DNA of 64,000 nucleotides from Vampirovibrio sp. (GTDB lineage: Bacteria; Cyanobacteriota; Vampirovibrionia; Vampirovibrionales; JAJTHC01): NCBI GenBank assembly GCA_050916035.1, contig CP050876.1:608635-672634 (forward strand), given 5' to 3'. Below the pieces are notes generated by a model. The model did not search any database and was not told where the DNA came from. It saw nothing but the letters and a program-made list of their open reading frames with translations. Made by a program: the position numbers and the translations under genes. This document shows positions 49,350 through 57,842 of the stretch, piece by piece. The number at the start of each line of letters is the position of its first letter. Within the stretch, counting starts at the first letter, position 1.

Positions 49350-49565
49350 TTGGAAAGGGTTTTTCTAATCATGAGTAAATCCCATATGAAGCACGTACGT
49401 TTGTACGATAAATATGCCTTCAAACATAAGCGTTTATATGATGAAGAATACCCTAGACGTTTGGGGCGTAATTCGACGCATAAGTGGGAAATTTTACTCA
49501 ATGAAGAATTTGCAGACGAACTCGCGTTGGTGTCGACTCCTTTTCGCTTGGAGTTTCATTTTTAA
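49350..49565 (+). CDS. Small hypothetical protein (71 aa), basic
   Basis: ORF only; coding status uncertain. Confidence 0.25.
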   Translation: MERVFLIMSKSHMKHVRLYDKYAFKHKRLYDEEYPRRLGRNSTHKWEILLNEEFADELALVSTPFRLEFHF

Positions 49566-49703
49566 TGCACGCGAGGGGGTCTTTTAGGCATCCCACCTGA
49601 GCACATCAGTTTTGACCTATACGCGTTGCGGTATGGATTGTGTACGACTAACGTTTATTAGATAATGGCAACACGATTTATGTTTTAAAAGGATCTGGTC
49701 GAT

Positions 49704-50747
49704 ATGCCTATTTCTAAAGATGCGTTGGCGACAATGATTAGTCAATTTTCTCAAACGTCGCATGTGGTGCTCGGTGACATGGTAATTGATGAAATGGTCT
49801 ACGGACAGGTGGATCGTCTCAGTCGAGAAGCCCCTGTGATTATTCTACGTCATCATAAAACAGACGTGATCATGGGTGGTGGTGCGAATGCCGTACATAA
49901 TGTGGCGGCCTATGGGGCAAAAACACATGCTTTAGGAGTATGGGGGGATGATTATTATGCGCCTCAACTCAAAGCGGTGATGGAGGCTGCGGGGATTCAT
50001 ACGGAAGCGATGTTGACGGATGCGACACGCCCGACTACGACCAAAACACGCTTGTCTGGAATGGTTAATTTTTCAGTGACTCAGCAAATGTTGCGTTTGG
50101 ATAGAGAATCTCGGGAACCTTTGCGGCCTGCTTTAAATCATCAATTACTCACGGCTTTTCAAGCCTTAGTTCCAGAGGTATCTGGGGTTTTATTGTCTGA
50201 TTATGCCCTAGGGGTCGTCAATCCTACTGTGATTAAAGGGGTTTTAACCCAAGCTTCGGCGCGAAACATCCCTGTGGCGGTGGATAGCCAAAACGATTTA
50301 AGTCAGTTTCAAGGCGCGACGATTTTAACACCGAATCAGCCAGAAGCTGAAAAAAATGTCGGTTTTGCTTTAGATTCAAGGGAATCGATTTTACGCGCGG
50401 GTCAATGCTTGCTTGAAAAATCTCAAGCGCGTTATGTGTTAATCACCTTAGGGCAAGAGGGTATGGCCTTATTTGATTCGCAAAAGCGTTGTGTTCATTT
50501 TATTCCTGTTTTCAATAAGCGAGATGTCTTTGATGTCACGGGGGCGGGAGATACGGTAGTGGCGACTTGGTTGGTGGCCTATGCCAGTGGTGCCAGTGCT
50601 TTAGAAGCGGCGGTATTGGGAAATTTGGCAGCTAGTTTGGTGGTGCGAGTTTTTGGCTCAGCGGTCACGTCGCAGAAGGCTTTGTTGGAAAGTTTAACGT
50701 ATTTGGATGATGCTTTCTTGCAGATGATTGAAACGCTCACGTTTTAG
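49704..50747 (+). CDS. PfkB-family carbohydrate kinase resembling the kinase domain of RfaE/HldE (D-glycero-beta-D-manno-heptose 7-phosphate kinase)
   Basis: LGDMVIDEMVYGQVDRLSREAPV N-terminus and C-terminal DVTGAGDT PfkB motif; standalone at 347 aa. Confidence 0.7.
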   Translation: MPISKDALATMISQFSQTSHVVLGDMVIDEMVYGQVDRLSREAPVIILRHHKTDVIMGGGANAVHNVAAYGAKTHALGVWGDDYYAPQLKAVMEAAGIHTEAMLTDATRPTTTKTRLSGMVNFSVTQQMLRLDRESREPLRPALNHQLLTAFQALVPEVSGVLLSDYALGVVNPTVIKGVLTQASARNIPVAVDSQNDLSQFQGATILTPNQPEAEKNVGFALDSRESILRAGQCLLEKSQARYVLITLGQEGMALFDSQKRCVHFIPVFNKRDVFDVTGAGDTVVATWLVAYASGASALEAAVLGNLAASLVVRVFGSAVTSQKALLESLTYLDDAFLQMIETLTF

Positions 50748-50856
50748 GAACGTTTTAGAGGGGATAAGCGTTCCATTCACGGTAGGACATAAAACACAAA
50801 GGGATGTCTTTTTTGAAAAGACATCCCTTTAAAACTAAGCTATGAAGCGTGGAGAA

Positions 50857-51261
50857 CTACCAGCGACCACCGCCGCCACCACCGCCGTAACCGCCGCCGC
50901 CAGAGCGACCGCCACCACCACCGCCGCCGTAACCGCCGCCGCCACCAGAGCGACCGCCGCCACCGCCGCCGCCGCCACGGTAGCCACCGCCACCGCCACC
51001 GCCGCCAACTGGGCGAGCTTCACGAGGGCGAGCTTCGTTTACACGTAAGACTTTACCATTCATGTCAAAACCATCTAAACGCTCAATGGCAACTTTGGCT
51101 TCTTCGTCATTGTCCATTTCGACAAAGGCGAATCCACGCGAACGTCCTGTTTCACGATCGATAACAATACGGCAGGATTGAACCTCACCAGCATCTACAA
51201 ATAAGGCCAACAATTCATCATCGCTCGCAGAAAAAGGCACGTTGCCCACATATAATTTCAT
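50857..51261 (-). CDS. Glycine-rich RNA-binding protein (single RRM plus GGY/RGG tail)
   Basis: RNP-2 LYVGNV and RNP-1 RGFAFVEM; C-terminal GGGGGGYRGGGGGG repeats. Confidence 0.85.
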   Translation of the reverse strand: MKLYVGNVPFSASDDELLALFVDAGEVQSCRIVIDRETGRSRGFAFVEMDNDEEAKVAIERLDGFDMNGKVLRVNEARPREARPVGGGGGGGGYRGGGGGGGGRSGGGGGYGGGGGGGRSGGGGYGGGGGGGRW

Positions 51262-51545
51262 AATCAAAAGTTCCTAAATAATAAAGTCTCGCCAACAGAG
51301 TAAAACATTTTTTCGCGACTGGCGAAATTATCGCAAAAAAATGGGAAGCTTTTAAAAAATCAAAACGTCGAAACCGAAAACTTCTGAACTCTTTACTACC
51401 AAAAATGCGAGGCATCTTTATCACAAACACTGAATAGGAACATCGAAGGTTCTTCAAAAAAGGGCTTTGGAAAGATCAAAACACTGGTATTTCGAGGCAA
51501 GGGTCAAAGCGAAAACACGTCTGATTTACTCGTTCATACGATGTA

Positions 51546-51989
51546 AGCTTCCCCTTAAAAAATGGTGGAGTCGGAGGGAATCGAACCCTCGTCCAAAACG
51601 ATTGCCTCCAAGCTTCTACGAGCGTAGGTCTCTTCAAATTTTCGTTTCACTGTAGTCATGTACCCTGATTCACAGTGAACTTTAACCCGTTTTACGTCCG
51701 TGTTCAGACGTATAGACGATACACTGTACAGAAAAAGTCTATAAGTCTTTCTGCATGGTCATGCGAATTAACAAGCCCACCTTAGCAGCATGATAGCTTG
51801 TGTGGGGGATAAAGTTACTTAACTGGTAAGGAACTAAGCAGCTAGCTGCTTACGACCAAATAATTGAACAACATTATCAGCAGTTTGAGTTTCTGCATTT
51901 ATTGTTTTGCTCAGGATTAACGAGGATTAAGCGTCCTCGGCTCGCCACTCAGTCACAAGAATTCGTCCTGTCAAGTCCAGAACGACCCC
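51546..51989 (-). ncRNA. ssrA: tmRNA (SsrA), one-piece; predicted tag AETQTADNVVQLFGRKQLAA
   Basis: On the minus strand. The 5' end GGGGTCGTTCTGGACTTGACAGG resembles the canonical GGGGCTGATTCTGGATTCGACGGG. The 3' end is GGACGAGGGTTCGATTCCCTCCGACTCCACCA. The tag reading frame runs GCAGAAACT...AAGCAGCTAGCTGCTTAG. Boundaries are approximate. Confidence 0.8.
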
Positions 51990-52167
51990 GTATTCACAAG
52001 AATAATTCATAAGGAATAGCAACACTGGTTCTTAACGAAGAACCCAGCGCACCACCTTTGAGCGGAAGTTTACATCAATATGAAAATTTCAAAGAACTAA
52101 GTAAAGTGATTATGAACGACTTTGTTCTAAAATGCAAGTCCTTAATTCTTAATTTTTTTCAGCGCCT

Positions 52168-53379
52168 TTAAACGTGCAATAGTTGTAACAATAAGTGGGC
52201 GATGTCATGGGTAGCTCTGGGTTTGGCCAATTGGCTTAAGGCTTTTTTCATTTGAGCCCTTTGGGCTTGATTCTGGCGTAGACTTTGAAGCGTGGCCACC
52301 AAGCGAGTGGCGCTTAAATCCTCTTCAGCCAAGAGGATCCCCGCCCCTTGTGCTTCCACAAAGCGCGCATTGGCGTCTTGATGGTTTTGAGCCGCATAGG
52401 GAAAAGGAACTAAAATGGCGGGGGTTTGGCTACTAAACAGTTCAGACAAGGTCATGGAACCCGCCCGACAGACTGCGACATCCGCAAGGGCCCACAGCGC
52501 AGGCATTTGCTCCACAAAGGGAAGGCAGACATAAGACGCGGGAAAGGGTGATTCTGTGGCGTATCGAGCCAATAACGCCGATTTCATCGTGGCGTGATGC
52601 TTCACCCCACATTGATGCACGATTTTAAAGCCCGCTTCTACCAAAGGGCTTAAGGCATCTACCATGGTTTCATTGAGCCTTAAAGCGCCTTGAGACCCCC
52701 CAATGACCACGAGGATTTCATCGCTCGCGCTCCAGCCCATGGGTAAAATAGGTCCCAATGCCTCCAAGGACTCTGTTTTGCTGATCGACCCCATGCGGTG
52801 GTCGACGGGGTTACCCGTGTGATAAAAGCGAGCTTCGGCGACGTTTAGGGCTCGGCCTATTTCAGGGAATGCCCCTGTGACTTTGGTGGCTTTGGGCGCC
52901 ATGAGACGGTTGACGAGGCCTGGGGTGGCGTCACTTTCATGCACTATAAAGGGAATTTTTAAGATAAAGGCCGCTAGTAAGACGGGGCCTGCCACATAGC
53001 CCCCTGTACCTAAAACCGCTTTGGCGTCTAGACTTTTGAGGTAACGCATGGCCAGAATGGTGGCTTGAAACATTTCAACGGCCCAGCGCATCAGCACAAT
53101 CGGGTTTTTGCGCCGAGGCATCCCATGGCTGACCAAGGGTAAAAAGGGGATGCCTCTGGTGGGGACTTTTTGAGCCTCTAGACTATCTTCATTGCCAATA
53201 TAGGTAATTTGCTGGAGTGAAATGCCAAATTCACGCACCAATGCATCCGCCACGGCCAAGGCAGGGTAAAGATGCCCCCCTGTGCCTCCCCCTGTTAGAA
53301 CAATTGAAGCGTTCGCGTGTTTCACATGGCAATCCTTATCTTTCAGCGATGCGCTTATCGCCCCATCGCCAAACGGCAT
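52168..53379 (-). CDS. murG: UDP-N-acetylglucosamine--N-acetylmuramyl-(pentapeptide) pyrophosphoryl-undecaprenol N-acetylglucosamine transferase
   Basis: VLTGGGTGGHLYPALAVADAL N-terminal motif; GT28 fold, about 360-400 aa. Confidence 0.85.
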   Translation of the reverse strand: MPFGDGAISASLKDKDCHVKHANASIVLTGGGTGGHLYPALAVADALVREFGISLQQITYIGNEDSLEAQKVPTRGIPFLPLVSHGMPRRKNPIVLMRWAVEMFQATILAMRYLKSLDAKAVLGTGGYVAGPVLLAAFILKIPFIVHESDATPGLVNRLMAPKATKVTGAFPEIGRALNVAEARFYHTGNPVDHRMGSISKTESLEALGPILPMGWSASDEILVVIGGSQGALRLNETMVDALSPLVEAGFKIVHQCGVKHHATMKSALLARYATESPFPASYVCLPFVEQMPALWALADVAVCRAGSMTLSELFSSQTPAILVPFPYAAQNHQDANARFVEAQGAGILLAEEDLSATRLVATLQSLRQNQAQRAQMKKALSQLAKPRATHDIAHLLLQLLHV

Positions 53380-53446
53380 ATCGTTTAGTATAAGAGATGC
53401 CGTCGACTTAGGCTAGCTTGTCTGATTCTTTTTTTTGGGAAAAAGT

Positions 53447-55546
53447 TTAGTCTTCTAAATTAATAGAGGCCACGGCTTGCACCTTCACATCGGGGATGAG
53501 TTCACTATAGGCCAAGACCACCGTGTGGGGCAGGTGGCGATCTAGCAATTCAAAGAGCGGTAAACGAATGCGTGGGGAACATAAAATGACAGGGGGCTTG
53601 CCGTAATGCTGTTGAACCATGCGAGTGGTGTCACTAATGGCTTGAATCAGTTGTTGGACTTGCATAGGGTTCAATAAAAACATGACCCCTAATTCGGTGC
53701 GTTGGCAGGCTTCATCCAAAACCGTTTCCCATTCATTCGACAAAGTCGCCGCCAGTAACTGCTTGTTTTTATCGGCATGAGAAATACAGATTTGACGCCC
53801 CATGGCCGCGCGTAGGCGTTCAGACAGCGTGTCGGATTCTCGGCTAAAGCGGGCGTAGTCACTCAGGCGTTCAAAAATAAATTGAATGTCTTTAATCGAG
53901 ACTTTTTCTCGAATGAGGTTGACGAAAATTTTACGTAAGTCGTTGGGCGTCAGCATATTGGGGACAAGTTCTTGAATGACGCTGGGGTCACTGCCTCGCA
54001 TCAGTTCCATGAGTTTAAGCACGTCAATTTTGGTCATGACGTCATCCACATATTTAATCACGATGCTTTGTAAGTGAGTAATGACGGCATCGGTGGATTC
54101 AACGGCAACCGTTTGTAGTTGTTCTGGAATATCGGGTTGTGCCACCCATAAGGCGGGTACATTTAAGGTGGCATCCGTGCCTTGAATCACTTGGGCAGGG
54201 GGTGCGACGCTATAGGTGTCAAAATAACTTTGTAGAATCATGTAATAGCCTGGGTAGACTTTCCCTGTGGCCACGGGGTTCCCTCGAATAGAAACGAGGT
54301 ATTCATAGGGTTCAATATCGGAGGAATCCATAATACGGATATTGGGGAGAATAAAGCCGAGTTCATCGGTCAATCGGGTCCGTAAGCCTGCGATTTTACC
54401 CAAAAGCTGGCCGTCTTGTTCAGGGTCTGCAATCTGAAGGAGGCTCGCGCCCACTTGAAGACTGAGGACATCCACACCCATGCGTTCATACATGCGATTG
54501 GGGTCAATCATTTGTTGCATGTTTTCTTGTACTTCTTGTAATTCACCCATTTGTTGTTGAACGTCAGTGGTAATGAAGACGCTAAAGGCCATGCCGCCTA
54601 AAATTAAGGCAAATAAAACAAAGGGCCACCAGCTGAGTCCTGTAATGGAAGAGGTCACGGCGATAAACATTAAAAATAAGGCGGCAAAAATAAGGCCATA
54701 GGGTTTGCCTCTAAACTGAGTGAAGAAATCTTTAGCAAGACTATCAGACACACTGGTGGTACGGGTCAGGGTGATCCCAATGGCCACGGACATAATGAGC
54801 GCGGGAATTTGAGAGGCCAGTCCATCCCCGATCGTCAGAATCGTATACTTGTTGACGGCTTCCATAATGGGTAGGCCCTTCATTAAGACCCCAATGGCAA
54901 TCCCTCCGACAATGTTGATAATGGTGATGATGATCGCGGCAATGGAGTCCCCTTTGACGAACTTCATCGCACCGTCCATCGAACCGAGCAGGGACATTTC
55001 TCGCTGTAAGTTTTCGCGCAGTTGACGGGCTTGATCTGGCCCAATAAACCCTGCGTTTAAGTCTCCATCAATTTGCATTTGTCGCCCCCCCAAGGAGTCC
55101 AAGGCAAATCGGGCCCCTACTTCGGCCACCCGTTCCGACCCTTTGGTAATAACCATAAAGTTCACCACCAGAATGATTAAAAACAAAATAACCCCAACCA
55201 CCATATTACCCCCTGTAACGAAGACCCCAAAGGCTTCAACCATGGCCCCTGCATGACCATTGGCCAAAACAGCACGCGTGGTGGCAATCCCTAGGGACAA
55301 ACGAAACAAGGTGGACACCAAAATCAAAGACGGAATAGCCGCTAAATCTAAGGGCTGTTTGACGTAAAGGGACATCATGAGTAGGACAACGGCCAGACTA
55401 ATGTTAAAGGCGATAGAGGCGTCAATAAACCAGTCGGGCAACGGCACCAAAATAATTAAGATGAGCAATAAGACCCCAAAAACGAGTAAAATCTCACTAA
55501 TGGGCGGAATGGCAAAGGCATTGTTAGCAGGGGCGGCCATCATCAT
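53447..55546 (-). CDS. flhA: Flagellar-type III secretion export gate FlhA (FHIPEP family)
   Basis: Near-collinear similarity to E. coli FlhA across the TM and FHIPEP region (NFMVITKGSERVAEVGARFALD, DADLNAG, SMDGA.KFV.GD, LTIGDGL.SQIPAL). Confidence 0.85.
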   Translation of the reverse strand: MMMAAPANNAFAIPPISEILLVFGVLLLILIILVPLPDWFIDASIAFNISLAVVLLMMSLYVKQPLDLAAIPSLILVSTLFRLSLGIATTRAVLANGHAGAMVEAFGVFVTGGNMVVGVILFLIILVVNFMVITKGSERVAEVGARFALDSLGGRQMQIDGDLNAGFIGPDQARQLRENLQREMSLLGSMDGAMKFVKGDSIAAIIITIINIVGGIAIGVLMKGLPIMEAVNKYTILTIGDGLASQIPALIMSVAIGITLTRTTSVSDSLAKDFFTQFRGKPYGLIFAALFLMFIAVTSSITGLSWWPFVLFALILGGMAFSVFITTDVQQQMGELQEVQENMQQMIDPNRMYERMGVDVLSLQVGASLLQIADPEQDGQLLGKIAGLRTRLTDELGFILPNIRIMDSSDIEPYEYLVSIRGNPVATGKVYPGYYMILQSYFDTYSVAPPAQVIQGTDATLNVPALWVAQPDIPEQLQTVAVESTDAVITHLQSIVIKYVDDVMTKIDVLKLMELMRGSDPSVIQELVPNMLTPNDLRKIFVNLIREKVSIKDIQFIFERLSDYARFSRESDTLSERLRAAMGRQICISHADKNKQLLAATLSNEWETVLDEACQRTELGVMFLLNPMQVQQLIQAISDTTRMVQQHYGKPPVILCSPRIRLPLFELLDRHLPHTVVLAYSELIPDVKVQAVASINLED

Positions 55547-55624
55547 GGGGGTAGGGGGCTCTTTCTGGGGGAGGGGCGTTCTGGTCGTGTTAGATAGGGA
55601 ATAAACAGGGGGGCTTCGGTGTCT

Positions 55625-56569
55625 TTAGGGGGCATCAAAGGCGGGTGCTTCCCACGCGTCTGTCGGGGCATGTTCTCCTTCGAGTAGGTGGTCAAACTCC
55701 GCTTTGGCGTTGGATTGTGACGCAATGGCCACGTTTGGTAATCCTAGAATTTTTCGTATCATATGCAGTTGAGTATGAAAGCTTGCATCAATCTGTCCAC
55801 CAGAGGTTTCGACAATGCAGCTGCCTTCATCCACGTCGGCATCACCCACCACTATTATATGCCGTTGGACTTCGCCTTGCCACGTTTCTTCATGGTCTTT
55901 GATGTGTTGACGCAACAGTTTTACATCATGTGGATGAACTTTAAAGACGACTTCTTTTTGGGTGCGGTCGACTTTTCCTAAAACATCTAAGGCAATGCCG
56001 ACCACTAAGGCGCGATCACAAGACACTTCTACCTTAATGAGTCGTTGTGCAATGGCCATGGCCATGGGAACGATGTCTTGTACCGATTTTTCTAAGACTT
56101 GGTTTTTAATGGTTTCTAACTGATCCAAAATCTGCCAAATTTCTTCAGAGGCTTGATGGGCTTCCTTCATGCCTTCTGCATGCCCCGCTTCATAGCCGTG
56201 TTGATACCCTTCGCTTTGCGCTTGAGTAAAGCCTTCTTGTCTTCCCGCTTGTATGCCTTGGGCATGGCCTTCTTCATAGGCTTGCTGGAAAATGGCTTGT
56301 GGGTCCACGGGAGGTTCATGATCACTACGCCGCCGCTTCGGTTCCCCGCCTTCTGCTGTGGTAGGTGGAGTCGTGTGAGGTGCTTCCGTCCAAATGAGTT
56401 GGTTGACAAAATCATCTTGCCCGTCCTGAGCCAAGGGGGAGGGATGAGGATGCTGTCCGCCTCCCGTGATGTGTTCAAGCCAAGGGGGCAGGGCTTGGCC
56501 GTCCTGAGTGTTGGGGCGAGCAGTTGGGGTCGCGGGTTTTCGTGAACGAACGTTTTTAATGAGGGGCAT
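55625..56569 (-). CDS. fliH: FliH-like flagellar export ATPase regulator (FliH/SctL family)
   Basis: N-terminal GxxxG repeat region (AYEEGHAQGIQAGRQEGFTQAQSEGYQHGYEAGHAEG). C-terminus GSCIVETSGGQIDASFHTQL matches the FliH C-terminal GGCxxET..G.IDAS motif. Confidence 0.7.
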   Translation of the reverse strand: MPLIKNVRSRKPATPTARPNTQDGQALPPWLEHITGGGQHPHPSPLAQDGQDDFVNQLIWTEAPHTTPPTTAEGGEPKRRRSDHEPPVDPQAIFQQAYEEGHAQGIQAGRQEGFTQAQSEGYQHGYEAGHAEGMKEAHQASEEIWQILDQLETIKNQVLEKSVQDIVPMAMAIAQRLIKVEVSCDRALVVGIALDVLGKVDRTQKEVVFKVHPHDVKLLRQHIKDHEETWQGEVQRHIIVVGDADVDEGSCIVETSGGQIDASFHTQLHMIRKILGLPNVAIASQSNAKAEFDHLLEGEHAPTDAWEAPAFDAP

Positions 56570-56627
56570 AGCAATGGCCTTGTGATTTTAGATACTTTTA
56601 GGTACTTCGTGTTTAAGTGCTTAGCAT

Positions 56628-57821
56628 TTAAATAAGTAGAATCTTTTGATAATAGCTTAGCATTGCTTCTTCCAAAGGAGTAGGCCATTGGGGAAGCTGT
56701 TCGTAGGCTTGGGGATGATTTTGGAGGCGGCCAGCGGTTTTAAAGAACCGCTGAAGCTTGGAGCGTTCTCCTGTGATTAAAGCTTCGAGTCTGTGGCGAT
56801 AGTCAGGGTTTGTAAAAATTTCAGTCATGGCGTTTCGTGTTCGTTGTTGTTGGGAGGCAGGGTCTTGTGCCACGTGTTGAATGGTTTGCTTAAAGGTGTT
56901 CAACTGGGCGAGAACAGCTTGCATCGGCAGTTCATTTGCGACATGGTCCACATCCATATAATATATAATTTGGTGAACCATTTCAGCAGGGAATTGTTGA
57001 AACCATTCTGCTTGAACCGCTTCGGATTGCGTACTTAAAAAAAGTCCGAGTGCGGCAAGTTTTAGGCGTATCCTTTCATGGTGAGGCGCTTCGTTTGATG
57101 AAAGGGTGTGTGCAGGGGCCAAGTCCACAGGGGGAAAGTCTTGCGAATGGGGGGTAGGATGAACCCTAGGCGCTAGGTCAGGGCTTTGATGAAGCACAGG
57201 GTCTTGTGTCGTCGTGTTGAGTGCGGGGGTATCCGTATGAGGGGCCTTATTTTGAAAGCGATTGCTTGGTGCTTCATGCGGTAGGGCTTCTGGTTCTATG
57301 GGTCCATGTAATTGTTCGTATTCGCCTAGGTAGTGATGCAAAGCACTGGCGACCATTTGTTCCATCCAGCCTTGCAGTTGCGCGTCACTAAATTGGACAT
57401 CGGGGGTTTCTTCTTGGCCCACAGTAGCAGAAACCAATTGCTTGGCATGGGCAAAGGCGTCTTGCGCCAAGCCTTGTAAAATAACCGATTTAGGTTCCCC
57501 TGTCACGCCTAAGGCTTGGGCTTTGATGCTGGCAAAAATAATGGCATGGGTAAAAAGGCCTAATACCTTATAACAATGATGAACATTAAAGGCTAAATAG
57601 ATCGCTTTAGGGTCATGCTGGGGTTGAAAACCGGGTTCCTGCTGAAGTAAGCTGACGGCAACTGCAATAAAATGTGCGGTAATATCGGTAGAGCGTTTAA
57701 TTTCATCTATTTTGAGTCCCGCTTGACTCAGGGCGTCGGTTACTTTTTCGGCAAATTCCACCGAAAGGGCTTCGGCGTTCATGTTAATAATAGCAGGATC
57801 AACAGGGGGGCGTTTAGCCAT
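56628..57821 (-). CDS. Hypothetical protein occupying the FliG position in the operon; only weak FliG middle-domain resemblance
   Basis: 397 aa. The segment PAEMVHQIIYYMDVDHVANEL is loosely similar to the FliG EHPQ block ([22 protein letters not shown]). Confidence 0.35.
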   Translation of the reverse strand: MAKRPPVDPAIINMNAEALSVEFAEKVTDALSQAGLKIDEIKRSTDITAHFIAVAVSLLQQEPGFQPQHDPKAIYLAFNVHHCYKVLGLFTHAIIFASIKAQALGVTGEPKSVILQGLAQDAFAHAKQLVSATVGQEETPDVQFSDAQLQGWMEQMVASALHHYLGEYEQLHGPIEPEALPHEAPSNRFQNKAPHTDTPALNTTTQDPVLHQSPDLAPRVHPTPHSQDFPPVDLAPAHTLSSNEAPHHERIRLKLAALGLFLSTQSEAVQAEWFQQFPAEMVHQIIYYMDVDHVANELPMQAVLAQLNTFKQTIQHVAQDPASQQQRTRNAMTEIFTNPDYRHRLEALITGERSKLQRFFKTAGRLQNHPQAYEQLPQWPTPLEEAMLSYYQKILLI

Positions 57822-57842
57822 GAGACAAGTTCCTTCAATGGC

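Noticed and set aside
50842-51048. + strand ORF of Ala/Thr repeats
   Set aside because: It is the antisense of the glycine-rich tail of the RRM protein gene.
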